Shown here: positions 36,552 to 37,666 of the stretch, in pieces
How positions within the stretch are numbered: position 1 is the first letter of the stretch
How the letters are laid out: every line of letters begins with the position of its first letter
From: Methanomassiliicoccales archaeon
GTDB taxonomy: Archaea > Thermoplasmatota > Thermoplasmata > GCA-020350865
Assembly: GCA_020347705.1 (NCBI GenBank)
Contig: CP070739.1
Coordinates: 2,541,158 to 2,578,823 of the forward strand
Direction of reading: 5' to 3'
Length of the DNA: 37,666 bases
Position numbers and translations under genes: made by a program
Notes under the pieces: generated by a model
What the model was told of the DNA's origin: nothing
Database searches by the model: none
The model's input: the letters and a program-made list of their open reading frames with translations, nothing else

Positions 36552-37666
36552 TTAATCTTCAGGAGGAGGTGGAATTTCCTCACTCAAATCCTCAGGAGGG
36601 GGAGGCAGGGGTTCAGATGGGGGCTCAGACGGGGGTTTAGATGGAGGTTCAGATGGGGTTTCAGGTGAAGGTTCTTGAGCCGCTTCTTGGCTTTCATCAG
36701 CGGTTTCCTCTAATTGTGCATCCTCACCATCTACTGGTTCCGGGCTTTGTTTTATCTCGGGGCCCCTTTTCCTCAAAGCAACCCAAAGGTTGATGACAAA
36801 CAAAACGATTATTACAATTATTAAGAACCAAATCCACAATAGATCCTCTGGCTTAGAGTCCTCGGGCTCTTCTTCAACTATGTCTTTGGATTTTATCGTT
36901 ATCATGACACTTGCACTCTTTCCACCGGCTGTTACGTTCACATAACAGGTCCCTGTAACCGATGATGCCTTGAAAGCTGCAATCTGTAAATCCTGTGAGG
37001 TGATTGTTCCAAGATCATTATTTATACTCCAGGTATAGGTAATATCGTCTATGGGATTGTTTTGCGAATCGTAGGCCTGGGCCAATAAAACCACTGTTTC
37101 GTTTGCATTAATGCTCACCTCGGATGGAGTGATAATAATAGAATTCACGGAGATTGTTGAAAAATCCCATGAGTGAGGAATCAACCCAGAAGTCAAATCA
37201 TTACCAGCCATATCTTTTCCCGTGGTAATTTGGAACGTGTAGGTGGTTCCCAGAGCAAATGGATTATGGAGTAATGTAAGAACTATGTTTCCATTGCTCC
37301 AACCTACAAACCATCCTCCCGGATCAGGAGAACATACATAATCGATAGAGGAAGTATCCATTTTTTCGCTGAATGTTACGATAATATGCGTGCTCAGATT
37401 TACATTGGCCTCATCATCAGCTGGTGAAGTGGAAATAATTATAGGTGCAACCAGGTCTCCCAAAGTGGTAAATCTCCAGGGATTCTGAGCTCCATCGGGA
37501 TCAAGGTCATTTCCCGCAATATCCCTCCCATCGATAATATAAAAATCATAGAGGGTTTGAAAAGCAATCTGATTGTGTGAAAAAGTCACAACCGTATCAC
37601 CACTGCTCCAACTCTCAGACCATCCCCCTGGATCGGGAGCACAAAAATATTTAATCGATGACGTAT
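36552..37666 (-). CDS. surface protein with repeated SbsA/Big_5 Ig-like domains, TM anchor and Pro/Glu-rich tail (N-terminus outside window)
   Basis: Frame open to the window end (TSSIKYFCAPDPGGWSESW repeats the later TSSIDYVCSPDPGGWFVGW); TM followed by RKR; PSEPP repeats. Confidence 0.85.
   Translation of the reverse strand, partial: TSSIKYFCAPDPGGWSESWSSGDTVVTFSHNQIAFQTLYDFYIIDGRDIAGNDLDPDGAQNPWRFTTLGDLVAPIIISTSPADDEANVNLSTHIIVTFSEKMDTSSIDYVCSPDPGGWFVGWSNGNIVLTLLHNPFALGTTYTFQITTGKDMAGNDLTSGLIPHSWDFSTISVNSIIITPSEVSINANETVVLLAQAYDSQNNPIDDITYTWSINNDLGTITSQDLQIAAFKASSVTGTCYVNVTAGGKSASVMITIKSKDIVEEEPEDSKPEDLLWIWFLIIVIIVLFVINLWVALRKRGPEIKQSPEPVDGEDAQLEETADESQEAAQEPSPETPSEPPSKPPSEPPSEPLPPPPEDLSEEIPPPPED

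Overview
Archaeal chromosomal segment, most likely an uncultured Thermoplasmata-type organism (inferred from the archaeal rps13-rps4-rps11-rpoD operon, tgtA, purP, archaeal phosphopantothenate synthetase, RPA and GGAGGTGA-type SD sites). It carries housekeeping genes (pepT, purE, guaAB, fhs, XPD helicase, purP, purH, thyA, Na/Pi transporter plus phoU), a bacterial-type AcsE methyl-THF:corrinoid methyltransferase, a KaiC/RAD55 ATPase convergent with a sensor-less STAND NTPase, a thioredoxin-CcdA fusion, a CDIN1/C15orf41-like nuclease, three C-terminally anchored surface proteins and two tRNAs (Pro-CGG, Leu-GAG). The most unusual signals are non-coding. (1) Both tRNA genes are followed by the same ~97-98 bp module: an inverted copy of that tRNA's own 3' end, a conserved covarying hairpin (TTATG-N14-TGTCTTAA) and a direct copy of the tRNA 3' end. 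(2) An unannotated box C/D guide RNA predicts 2'-O-methylation of 16S C1402. (3) A three-hairpin candidate sRNA has a loop complementary to the SD of a divergent unannotated 39-aa ORF. All family calls come from motif recognition by eye; no searches were run.
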